Source: Bigelowiella natans CCMP2755
Taxonomy: Eukaryota > Protista > Cercozoa
DNA: 64,000 bases
NCBI GenBank assembly: GCA_000320545.1
Contig: ADNK01000443.1
Coordinates: 8,578-72,577 of the forward strand
Direction of reading: 5' to 3'
The notes under the pieces were generated by a model. That model ran no database searches and was not told the origin of the DNA. It saw only the letters and a program-made list of their open reading frames with translations. The stretch's first letter is position 1. Each line of letters starts with the position of its first letter. A program made the translations under genes and the position numbers. This document shows, in pieces, positions 52,762-63,679 of this stretch.

Positions 52762-53302
52762 GAGATATATTTGTGCTTGTGTATGTGCTTGTATATGTGT
52801 GTCAATATGTAAGATGGCTGAAAGGTTTGAGTCATCATCTTTTATCTGATGACATGCAATGTTGTTAGTGTTTCTAGTGGGATCGCACATCGTTTACCTT
52901 GAACTTGATTTCCTCTTGCCCGTTAGCCATACCCTGGTCAATGATAAGGCTCGCCTTCGGTAGGAAGCTTTTCCACTCTGATCAGCACAAGCACCCACAC
53001 ACAAATATGTATAAACATATAATTGTGTACTCATACATATTATATATTAATATTTATTGCGTATAGCAGACTACTTAGCAAAATAGTGTTGGATTGGAGC
53101 TGTTTTTGAGTCGGTTACTAGGAGGGGATGCAAATGTTTTTTTTCAATCTCCGTCTCAAGAAGATGTGATCGTATCTCGGGAAATTCAGAATTTAGACCT
53201 ACCCCCGTTCTTATGATGCTTGAACTGCCATGAGACGGCTTGCATCATCGAGGGAGAGCGATTGTGAGAAACTAGATTTTGGTGGGATCCTAACAGTGCC
53301 AT
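47083..53302 (-). CDS. RhoGAP with N-terminal WWE-like and C2 domains and a C-terminal WH2-like/polyproline tail (multi-exon)
   Basis: VSWQFKHHKNGEWKSFLPKASLIIDQG..YIINLKKM..YPIRK (WWE-like); LIVTAIRGRHL..QDPYIRF..DGGQNPVWNH (C2); IFGEPL..GLDSEGIFRVPG (Arg finger), LKLYFRELPEPLIP, NKMLPKNVATCWAPSL (RhoGAP); DMLKSVKLKS, PPPPPPKKP. Confidence 0.85.
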
Positions 53303-54097
53303 CTTGCTTGAATCTAGGAGAGCACACTCTTCCGAGAAAATCTTATGATGTTTTAGACGACCAACCCGCCCACTCTTTCTTCCGGTATACGGACTTCTTA
53401 TTTCTCCCAACTCTCCCCCCGGCTACGATGCGATGATGCTGGCAGGTGATACGGGTAGTAGAGGGTCGGGAAATGTGAAATCGATGTTGTGGTTTTAAAG
53501 TGCGACAATAAATATACGTTGTCGTATGGATAAAATAGAATATATTGTCATCCTAAAAACGGCCGAAACGCTTCGTTAATATAGGCGTCGAGGGGCTTAA
53601 GGACTTAATTTACATGATTGGAAGCGGGCTCTCATGTGGGCTATTTTGCTGGTAAAAAAGGGTAGTGCGTCCATATTACAATGAAAATGACCTGCGTCTT
53701 CTGCTTCTGGACTGATTCTGTTGTCTTAAGGTAAGATACATTGTTGGCCTGCATGATGGTAGGCAAAGATTCGCCCCGATGAGAACGGAAGACAGAGGAC
53801 GTCGAGGCACAGGTCGCAGGACAGTTACACTCGCTATTTGGATTCGTATTCTTTATCGTATTCCCAAAATATACATAGAATATCCTGAATTATTTTTCTA
53901 TTTTTCCTAATAATTTGAAAACCTATCCTTTACATAATCCAGGGCGCCCAAGACCCCAGCAACCCTGTAGATATCAACGTGTCCCTGGGGAAGGGGGAAG
54001 GGATCAAAGTGGCGACCTTCGTTGAAACTGGAGCTATTTGCGTTTCCAAAGTCCTCGAACGATAGGGTTTTTCCTCCCTTCTGTATGGGGTCTCAGA

Positions 54098-55727
54098 ATT
54101 CGCATGAAAGGCGTGATGATCTTGGAGGAAATTCTCGAAGAAGTTGCCGTTCGGAGACGCACCATGTGACGAAGAGGAATAGCTTTCCAGAAACGATACG
54201 TATGATGAGAAATTATGGATTCAAAATTCAGCATTGCGCTGGTGACATTGAACGTGTTGTTGTTGTTGTTGTTGTTGCTGTTGTTATTGCTGCTGCTGCT
54301 GCTGCTGCTGCGTGGTTGTTTAGCATCTCCGGACAAAGCCCGTGCACCCAACGTTGTGATACAGATCATCAGGGCACATATCCCCCATGACAAGCGAACA
54401 ACAAGCATTGAAGGGTAAAACGTTATCAACGTTTTTCCCGTTGTAGTTCTGGCATATCTGACAGCTCTTTTCGCAACGTTGCTCATCGTCCTGTTTTTCC
54501 AGCTACATTGAAAGAGAGTCGACGACCGCACACTGTACTGAAAAACCACGGCGGCAGCTTCCGATTAGCGAAGGAGATAATAAGGTATGGCATAATTTAA
54601 AATTATATGTAGAAGGGCGGGGAAAGATAGGGGAGCGTTGTAAGCTTAGGTGATGCCGTACCCTCTCTTTCCTCATACGTATTTGCTGCTGCGAATCTTA
54701 GAGGATACTTCCGCAAGTGCTATCGAAGAAAGAATCAGCGTTGATGATAAATGCCTGCGAATTGTCATCCTCCAAGTTGAACGGAACAGTCGCCAGCAAT
54801 ATCTTCTGTACGTGCAGTAACAACCTTCGCTTCCCCGAGCATCTGCATTTTGCGTCGATGAGTGTATACGCATATGATGAGCATTGCACCATTTCCATCG
54901 TTCCGATGTAGTGACGATACGCTGCGTTATAGCATAAATTTGGTGACGATAGGTACTCCAAGGAGGCCTGAAACTACGGACCCTGTATGGAACTACACCG
55001 TGGATTTTCAAGTCTCAGCCGCCGAAGGCGATATTCTCCATTTAAGACTGGCCAAGGGCGACAGGTACAATGCCGGAGTTTCTTCATACCTGCTTATACC
55101 ATGCAATGCTCTCTCCGCTTTTTTTAGTCTCTTGCTACCTTATGGCTGCGGCTTCTTTCTGCTTTGATGGAGCAGCATAGCAGGATGATCTTGTTATTGC
55201 TAATGATATCCTGCACGTCGCTCTTCTTCTTCTTCTTCAGGATCGTTGCGAGAGGGGCATTTGACCTGTGCAAGCTTCCAACGGATGTTCCTCTAACGAA
55301 GTATCTCGCAGGCGCAACAAGCAAACAGAAGAAGATGAAACGTACTACCGCGACCACACTAGTAAAACATAATAATCTGGAGGAAGCAGCCGGAAAAAAT
55401 GACTTTGTATACACATAATAGAAATAAAAAGAAATATGACGAATATATATTCAAATTATACATACATATATTATGTACATTGTGAGAGCCGTGGAATAAG
55501 CGAGATCGTGGGTGCGGTTCAGTCGATCCGTGGAGAGAATCACAGCATGCAAAATCACAAAATTTGAGACACGATAAAGCTGCGGCAAGCAATGGCATTT
55601 TGCTCATTTGAGAGCATGGAGAGCAGTATTGTACCCCTCCTCTAACCTACATCTAAATGTATATGAATTAGCGTTGTCTACTGAGAAGCTTCTTGAGCTG
55701 ACGAATACACTCAACGAGTAGGAACAA

Positions 55728-55761
<34 letters not shown>

Positions 55762-56147
55762 GAAGAGAAGAGGGGGAGAAATCATCATATTATCGAAACC
55801 GACGCCGCAATGACAATTGATTCCTCTCGGAGATGGCTTTCCGGCGAAGAAAGAAACCAACATCGAGCCCACGCAGTAGGCCTACGGACAATGAGAGTTA
55901 TCATCGCCATTCTTCTTCACCGAGGAGATAGATGAAGGGATAAAGGGGAGTTGGTGTGCCGACAGCAGAGCAGCAGCAACAACGGCAGTAACACCCAACA
56001 TGCATAATGCTAATATTCGTTGTCCACTTCTTCTTAGAACGGGTAGTACCGGATACTATTGCAGCGTTGACTTCCAGGTGGTGAATGTTGATGATGATTC
56101 CAGCAGCAGCACTCCTTGTCGCGCCACTCTGAAACACATAGAAGAAG

Positions 56148-56178
<31 letters not shown>

Positions 56179-56443
56179 CTTGCATGTAATAACGCTGAAG
56201 GACGACATCGTTGGCGGTGTTTGGCCGTATAACATAGAATAGATGAGCCTCATTGGCCCTCCCCCCCCCCCCCCCCTCCTCCGTCTCCTCCTCCTCCTCC
56301 TCTTCCCTTCCTCTAGATCTTGAAGAAGGCTTTGAAGAAGAGCTCCAGGATCTACTTCGTGAGGCATGGAGAGTCGAAGTGGAATGAGGCACGGAAGGCC
56401 AAGAACTATAGGAAGGTGCTACTAGCGCGGCGCTCGTTCATAT

Positions 56444-56509
<66 letters not shown>

Positions 56510-57419
56510 TCTTATCGCTTGTGCACTCACTACTACTACTGCTGGCTATCATGCGCCTTGATGTTGGTTGTGTGTCGTTCGTCTGCCCTGTCCTTATCAT
56601 CATTTGCAGCTGATTCACTTCGACCACGTCCTGACCTACGAGGGGATCAAGCAGTCCCGCACGCTCAATAGCTTGTGGAGGAGGCTCGCAGATGATCGCT
56701 CGAAGCGGAGGGATGGGGGGAGAGAGGAGGAGGGGGAGGGGGAGATAAAGGAGGGGGGGGATAAAGTAAGGAAGACAGAGATCACACAGCGAGCAGAGGA
56801 GAAAAAGGAAAGCGAAAACGAAGAGAAAGTGGCGGGAGAGCACATCGTGCTTGATGGGCAAGATAGTAGTAATAGTAGTAGCAGTGATGGTATGAGAAGC
56901 AGTATTAGTTGGAGTGGTAGTAGTAGTAGTAGTAGTAGTAGAAACTATCTCGAAAGATTTCTTGCAGCAGACATGATTCTCACGTCGCCGCTCACCCGGG
57001 TAGTATTACATATTATATATAATATATAATTATATATAATTGTACATATGTAGTTATGCGTGTGTGTGCGCGCGTGTATGATAGAAATTATCATCATTAT
57101 CATCATTATCATCATCATCATAATATTGTGATATCCTGATCCTAACCCTCCTCCTCCTCCTACACAGGCAATTCAGACCTGCTTGCTTTCAATGGAGGGT
57201 CATCCCACAGCCGTGAAGAAAGGAGTTACGTTCTGCAAGGATCTTCGAGAGATCAAATCCCTGGGGGGATTTGACGCAAAGGGTTAGTTGCCATCACGAC
57301 TAGTATCTTGATTGGCAGCATAATACTACTACTACATATTGACATCATTGCTACTAATGTTCGTTCAATCATGCCATAGTTCAAGCCCTTGCCTCCGGCC
57401 CCTCCGCCCTCCCTTTCTC

Positions 57420-57469
<50 letters not shown>

Positions 57470-58076
57470 CTCCTTCTCTCTGTTTCTTTCTCTCACAACA
57501 CCCCACCCCCGCCCTCCTCCCCCCCACCGACGCAGGCAAGTGCTACGGGGAGGCCATTTTGAAACGCACTGAAGAGAAGCTGAAGAAGAAGATCCGGGAG
57601 GCCTACGAGGCCAACAAAGGCTGCTGGGACGCCGACGGAAATACTGATGAAGATGCCGTGGAGGACAAAATCAAAGCAGAGATGGAAATGGTGTTGTCTT
57701 TTCTTCTTTTCGTTTGTACTACTGCTACCCGTTTCGTCGATCTATCCCAATCAATGTGATGATGATCATCATGATGATAATGGCTGCTGCAACGGTTGCA
57801 GGTGGAACGAGTCTGCAAGACACCGGTAGATTATAACGACGCGAACACGATGTGGTGGGTCTTCAAGGTAATGAATCCGACAACTACGCAAACAAACAAA
57901 CAAACAGACAAACAAACAAATGCTGCTCCACCCGTGCACACACACGTATCTCTCACCGCTACACGTCTTTTTTCGATTGATGTGACATGTGTTGTGTGCT
58001 GCGCCTGCTGCGACAACGACGAGGACGACGACGATACTGCTGCTACTACTACTACTACTACTACTACTACTATCGC

Positions 58077-58113
<37 letters not shown>

Positions 58114-58791
58114 ATCGCTAATAATACTACTAATGATAATAATAATAGTATTAGTAACAGTTCTTGTTTTGGGCCAGGACACAAAATCTGATGTCTTCAA
58201 GCGTCTGGAGGATTTCTTATCCTATATACGGTCGAAGAAGCAACAGGATGATACTACTATTGCTACTGCTGCTACAACCCACAGCGATGCACACAACAAA
58301 AAATGCAAAACACTGAGCAGTGCATGCTAATTTTCTCTGTGTGCGTGCGCGCACGTGTACGCACCGTTGGCCCATAGACAATCATCGATGGTTGCAGTGA
58401 AGACGCGGTACCGCTGCTGCCGTCGTTCTCTTTGACCATCTTGGTCAGATCTGCTGCATCGTCTTCTTCTCTAGTCTTAACCCTCCTCGTCCTCCTACCC
58501 CTCCCCCCCCCCCCTTCCTCCTTACCTCGTTGCAGCTATCTACCCGGAACGACTTTCATATGTGTTGGCCATTCGATGTTCCTGAAGGCTTTGTTTAAGA
58601 ACTGCCTCTGTCCTAAGTGGGCCTCACTGAACGTACGCATCGCGGAGGTAGGTAGTTGGTAGTAAGTGGCTACTGCTGCTGCTGTAGTGGTGGTGGTGGT
58701 GATGTGGAGGCACCAGATCGATCGTAGAAGCAACAAGCACACACGCACACACACACACATCTATATGCATAATATACATATGTATGTGTGT

Positions 58792-58834
<43 letters not shown>

Positions 58835-59506
58835 TATATATATTATGCACATATATGTGTGTGTGTGTGTGTGTGTGTAGTGGCTGAAACAACTAGATAT
58901 CATTTAAGCGCTGTAGCCGCTGCTTTGCACAGCTACATTAGGATGACCATTGATGGAATGTAATTTATTCATTTATTACGTCCGTCTCATATGTCATCAA
59001 GCGGCTAAAAAACAACTCCTATTACTACTACTAGAAGCACGCTACTGCTGCTTAGACTCATCCTCCTCCATCCTTCACCCAACCTCCCTTTCTTCCAGAA
59101 TCTGAAGACGGAAAAGATCTCCAACGGAGGGTGCATAGCATTCGACATCCAATTTCGCGGTGACGCGAGGCGGTGGGATATAACCAATGTAGAGCTACTG
59201 TTCGGCACAGTTTTCCAGCCGCGCCATGGCCACGGCGGGGGGGGGAAAGGAAAAGACGACAGTGGCACGCCAAAAGAAGGAGGAATCAACCCCAGGCCGA
59301 TCGCCAAACCAAGTCAGATTCGTAGGGTGAAAAGCGCTTCTTCTCCAAAGCAGCCTGCTGACAGCGGGCTTGCCAGCTCCAATGCGAAACTCGCGAATAC
59401 CAGCGGTGGAGAGGCCGCCGGCGGCGGTCTCCTCAAGAAGAATGATGCGAATGAATGGAACTCCAATCCGGATGCTCTCCGGTCGCTCGAGAAGACTGTA
59501 GACTGA
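54098..59506 (+). CDS. Histidine phosphatase (phosphoglycerate mutase-like) protein with an N-terminal C2-like domain (5' end uncertain)
   Basis: C2-like VVIQIIRAH..TTDPVWNYTVDF..LHLRL; phosphatase motifs IYFVRHGESKWN, LTYEGIKQ, TSPLTRAIQT, LREIK, ICVGHSMF; last exon ends with TGA at 59504-59506. Confidence 0.8.
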
Positions 59507-61026
59507 CGACATGACAGCGGTGTCGTTCATGGTAGCATGACCTCGGAGGGCGCGCGTGCTGCAACGTGTCCGGGTCTCACTAACCAATGAGCTGTCTTCT
59601 TGCTCCGCAGAGATAGATTTTTTGCAGGAGATTCATTGTGCATGTGCATGTCCATGTCCATTCATTGATGCACTCGGCATGGCTTGAATCGAGAATTGCT
59701 AGCATGCATGCCACCTCGGGTTCAATTGTCTGGCTAGCTGGTCCCGCCTCTGGGAGCTGCTGCTGCGATGGCCATGCGATGCGTTGCATGCGCGGTGGCC
59801 GTTGCTGTTCGATCCCATGTGCTAGTGTGTAGCGCTAAAAATGATGTCAGAACTGTGGGCAGTTGTCGTGCACGGTGTATTTCGCCCACCACCTGCTAGC
59901 CTGCTAGCCTGGCTGTGTTTGCATCAACCCTGCTACTTGGCTAGCCTGCATGCAACCTTGAACGTGCGCACTCTCTAGCTGTGGCGATCGTGAGCCACAA
60001 CAACTGGAAGTCGGAATCTGATCTTCTGACTTGGTGATCGAAGGTCTTCTAGGTGTGGGGAAGGTCTTCCTGGCACAAATTGTGGGTCTGGCTAGCTGAA
60101 ATGCACTGAATCATTTCACGGTCAGCGTTGCGCTGAAATCTCACTTGCGCTTTCTGTCACTTTCTCCACGCAAATCTCCCGTGAAGCTGCGACTCTCAAA
60201 CATTGAGCATTTGGAATGCATGGCCGTCAGTTTCAAAGGATTGCACGTCCATCATCAAACATCAAACCTGATCAGACGTGAATGCACGAAATCACAATTG
60301 CCAGTGCACTTGTGCAACGCGGCTCTCGCAGAATGACCAGCACACTTTTTGACAAAAGTGTTTTGGATTCAAACAAAATCAATGTGAAGAAAGAAAGAAA
60401 GAAACTTGATGGACTGCACTTCCAAACAAACGTTGCAAGACATTTGCAAAGAGCGGAACGCAGTGAGTCTAGCGAGGACAATGCGAGTGTGTGCAAACGT
60501 GTGACAAATTGATGCCCAAATCCGGTGATCTTAGACGCAGGACGTTTTAGGCTGAAATGGGTGATGGGTCACATGATGCCGTTGGAAAGGGGTGCCTGCT
60601 GTGTGGCGTTCCAGAGCTAATTTTCGATGTCCATGTCACGTTTTGGTCGAAAATCGCAGGAGAACAGAGTTTGAGAATGTTCACTAATTCATTCCGGGCT
60701 TTATTATTGCCCGGGCTTTATTTTTACCCGAACAACAGCCACGGATTCTGCAGATTCTGCAGATTATCTGCAGATCTTCTGCAGATTGATCTGGCGATTC
60801 AGATTCATCTGTTCTGTTTTTCCTGTCAGGATCAAGAAATCCCATGCATTTTTCATTTTGGATCATTCAGATTTGAGGAATCCCCTGCATTCATTGATTT
60901 TGTGTCCCCGGTTTTCAGAAATGCCCTGCATTTTCTTCTCTCTTGTCCATGCCGAATTCTGTGGAAAATTTTACAGAGTTGTGAGCATCTGTCTGTCGCC
61001 GTTGAACACAAAATTCAAACACCGCA

Positions 61027-62406
61027 ATGGTCCAACCGAATATTCCAAACGAATGTGGCAAACGTGAAAAGAAAACTGACCCGATCGTTGGAGATCGTGG
61101 AGATTCAAAGGAGAATGCTATCGTCATCTTCGACCCACCCAAGCGTGAATATGAAGGGCGAGGCTCAAAGGAGTGTCCCGTCGTCATTCCCGACCGTGAG
61201 AATGGCAACGAAAGAAAAGCGATCACCGAAACACGTACCGTCGTTGCTGCAACTCCTACGGCGAAGTCATCAAAGGTGTGCCAATATCTGGGCTGCACAA
61301 AGCAGAAGAAGAACAACAACAAGAAGAAGATGGAGATGAAGACAAAGAAGCCGAAGAAAGAGGAAGGGATCAGCAGCACGCACGCGCAGAAGCCTTGTAG
61401 CTCCTTGCAACAGCGCCACTCACAAGACTACCACTACCACGGTATGAAGAGAGGCTGCCAACAACAACACATTGAAAGGGGCGGAATTCAGGGCCGTTGT
61501 GGTACTCATTGCGGGTTTCCTAAGTGCTCTCGGGAAGGATGTGATTCCAAGCAATCATATGAGACAGGTGACAAGAGGGGCTTCTGCGGTAAACATGGTG
61601 GCATTCCGCCGTCCAAGGTTGAGGGATGCAATTCCATTCAGCACTACAGGACCGGTGGAATCAAAGGATTCTGTGGCAAACATGGGGGGGTGCCACAGAG
61701 ATACAAAAGTTGTGGCAGCTTTGAGAGAACAAAGCGGAAAAGGCAGGACGGAGAAAGGGAAGATTCCGGAGATAAGACTAAGAGCGGGATCTCTCGTGTC
61801 AGCAATAAAGGAAAAGAAGGAAACGAACGAGAACAAAAAGGCAGAGCTAAGAAGAGGCAGAAAAAAACGTTTGCAGTCTCTGATCCCATCATGGAGAAAG
61901 AGCAAAAAAAACAAGAAATAAAACAGAATAAAAAGTGTCTTCCCCCTCCACCCCCTCCTCGTTCTAGCTTGCTTGGTCCGCTCACCTGTGCCTCACGTGT
62001 AGCTAGCACTCTCGCATCTGCCACCACAGGAAACAGCACACGTGGTAGATGTGGAAATGGCGTTGGTCGCGAGGCTGCTGCCATAGATTGGAGAAAAATG
62101 AGCGGCACTTTCAATGATCATGACTTCACCTACACTGTTGGGAAGCCAAACCCTTACGTGAAAGACACTCCCGTCTATTTTCTTAATGTAAATGGAAATC
62201 TCTGTGAGAATAACATTGAATCTCACCTCAAAAATAAACTCAAACAGTACAGTTCCCAAACTGGATTCAAGCATTTTGTCAACAACGAGCTTGAAAGAGC
62301 CAGGAAGCATTACATGACATTGAAATGGCGTTACACTTCCGAAGAGCTCCGACGTAGGTGTAGACGACGCGTGGTTCAGCGCAGAAGAATGAAAGTGAAG
62401 AAATGA
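61027..62406 (+). CDS. Intronless 459-aa protein with WRKY19-like Cys/His zinc-ribbon repeats (CxxxGC...GxCxxHGG)
   Basis: CQYLGCTK, GRCGTHCG, CSREGCDSK..GFCGKHGG, KVEGCNS..GFCGKHGG; basic NLS-like stretches; some Cys positions degenerate. Confidence 0.65.
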   Translation: MVQPNIPNECGKREKKTDPIVGDRGDSKENAIVIFDPPKREYEGRGSKECPVVIPDRENGNERKAITETRTVVAATPTAKSSKVCQYLGCTKQKKNNNKKKMEMKTKKPKKEEGISSTHAQKPCSSLQQRHSQDYHYHGMKRGCQQQHIERGGIQGRCGTHCGFPKCSREGCDSKQSYETGDKRGFCGKHGGIPPSKVEGCNSIQHYRTGGIKGFCGKHGGVPQRYKSCGSFERTKRKRQDGEREDSGDKTKSGISRVSNKGKEGNEREQKGRAKKRQKKTFAVSDPIMEKEQKKQEIKQNKKCLPPPPPPRSSLLGPLTCASRVASTLASATTGNSTRGRCGNGVGREAAAIDWRKMSGTFNDHDFTYTVGKPNPYVKDTPVYFLNVNGNLCENNIESHLKNKLKQYSSQTGFKHFVNNELERARKHYMTLKWRYTSEELRRRCRRRVVQRRRMKVKK

Positions 62407-63241
62407 ACTTTGACACGGAATAGGAGGACGTACAATGGACACATCAGTGTTCACAAAGAAGAAGAAAGTTCGTTGTTTTGCCCATTGCGTCATTCACTGC
62501 ATGCTGCAACGACACCATGGCATGCTCACTCTAGATGTGAATTGTTGCTTTTTCGGCAAGCGCAGACGCACCGTGTCGCCTAGCAAGTGATGAGCGGACA
62601 AAGCGGCACCTAGGCACGACCGTTTGCGTTGTTCTTGTCCTGCGGGGCCAGCGGCTACCCCGTGCAGCATGCATTCTAGCATGCCTAGCAGCTAGCTAGA
62701 TGCAGTGGGCATGCATGCAATTCTTGTCTGCATGCACAGCTACGCTGCACTGCCGGCTACATGCGCACATCGGATTGCTACATGCACGGTGTGCACGGTG
62801 TGATGACCATGTCCACATTGTGATTAGCTGTCATCATCACAGCTGCGTGCTCAAAACTCATGTGCGTGCATGGCACATGCGCACACACCAAAACAATTTA
62901 GCAACATGCTGTGCTCCTCCACATGAACGTACTCCCCTCCCTCCTCTAGCTTTCTCTCTCTCTGGGTCTCTCTCTCTCTCTCTCTCTCCGACATTGTCAT
63001 GAACATGTGTGTGTGTGTGTGTGTGTGTACACACATATGTCCATGTTTATATGTAGCCAGTGAGCACACACAGTGTGAATGCACATGACATCTCGGTGGC
63101 TTGTGCAGAATGCAGTAGCAGTTCTGCTGTCGTGTCTACTTTAGTCACTGATCGACATAGCAACATAGCAACAAGTGACAGAATGCTGCATGTAGCAGTC
63201 AATGAACGAACCTACCAGCGAATAATTCATTAAGTTTTCTT

Positions 63242-63679
63242 TCATTTCTGCGAGGCAGTTTTATTCTTGGCGATGACCACACCAATGGCTGCTGCTGCTC
63301 CCAGGCCAGCGCCACCTATTAGACCGCTCAGCGACAAACCGCACACGACCGTGCCTCCTATCATCCCCATACCTACTCCGACGCATGAGTAACGGTCTAC
63401 AAGATTCTGCCCCCCATGCAACGTAACCAAGTGAGAATAGCGCCGAGGGGTCATTGAGGCAGCAGCATTTCATTCAACATGTGAAATCAAATGCTCGAAA
63501 GCGATCTTTGGTGGTGGGAATCGATAACTCGATACGATAGCAATGGAAAACAGACGGTGAAAAGGGATAAATTCTACCCCGCAAAGCCAGGCTAGATGAA
63601 TCATGGGTGGATCTACCTGCTTTCTGTTGTGAAAAATGCGAAAAGCACGATCCTCAATACCATCCTGCTGTTCTGATTC
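63242..63679 (-). CDS. Last two exons (63617-63679, 63242-63406) of a small glycine-zipper membrane protein, DUF1757-like
   Basis: Splices to ESEQQDGIEDRAFRIFHNRKQ|NLVDRYSCVGVGMGMIGG..GLIGGAGLGAAAAIG..*. The DRxxRxxxNxxQxxxDR pattern is recognised from memory. Confidence 0.6.

Larger units (their letters stand above)
28100..59000. repeat. Dense intronic microsatellites: (AG)n, (AC)n, (AT)n, (GAT)n, (TAG)n, (CAG)n, (AAC)n, poly-C/G
   Basis: Directly visible in most introns of this segment, often compound (e.g. (CA)n(GA)n, (TA)n(TG)n); sparser in the left part of the window. Confidence 0.95.

Noticed and set aside
54215-54320. Poly-Leu 'signal peptide' for the C2-phosphatase
   Set aside because: Encoded by (GTT)n(GCT)n lying between a phase-compatible GT (54242) and AG, so probably intronic.
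59621-60690. CpG-methylation decay as the cause of the TG/CA excess
   Set aside because: CpG remains common in the tract; the missing dinucleotide is TpA.
60557-61339. 260-aa ORF overlapping the WRKY19-like ORF
   Set aside because: No motifs; its length is explained by the scarcity of TAA/TAG stops in TpA-depleted DNA.
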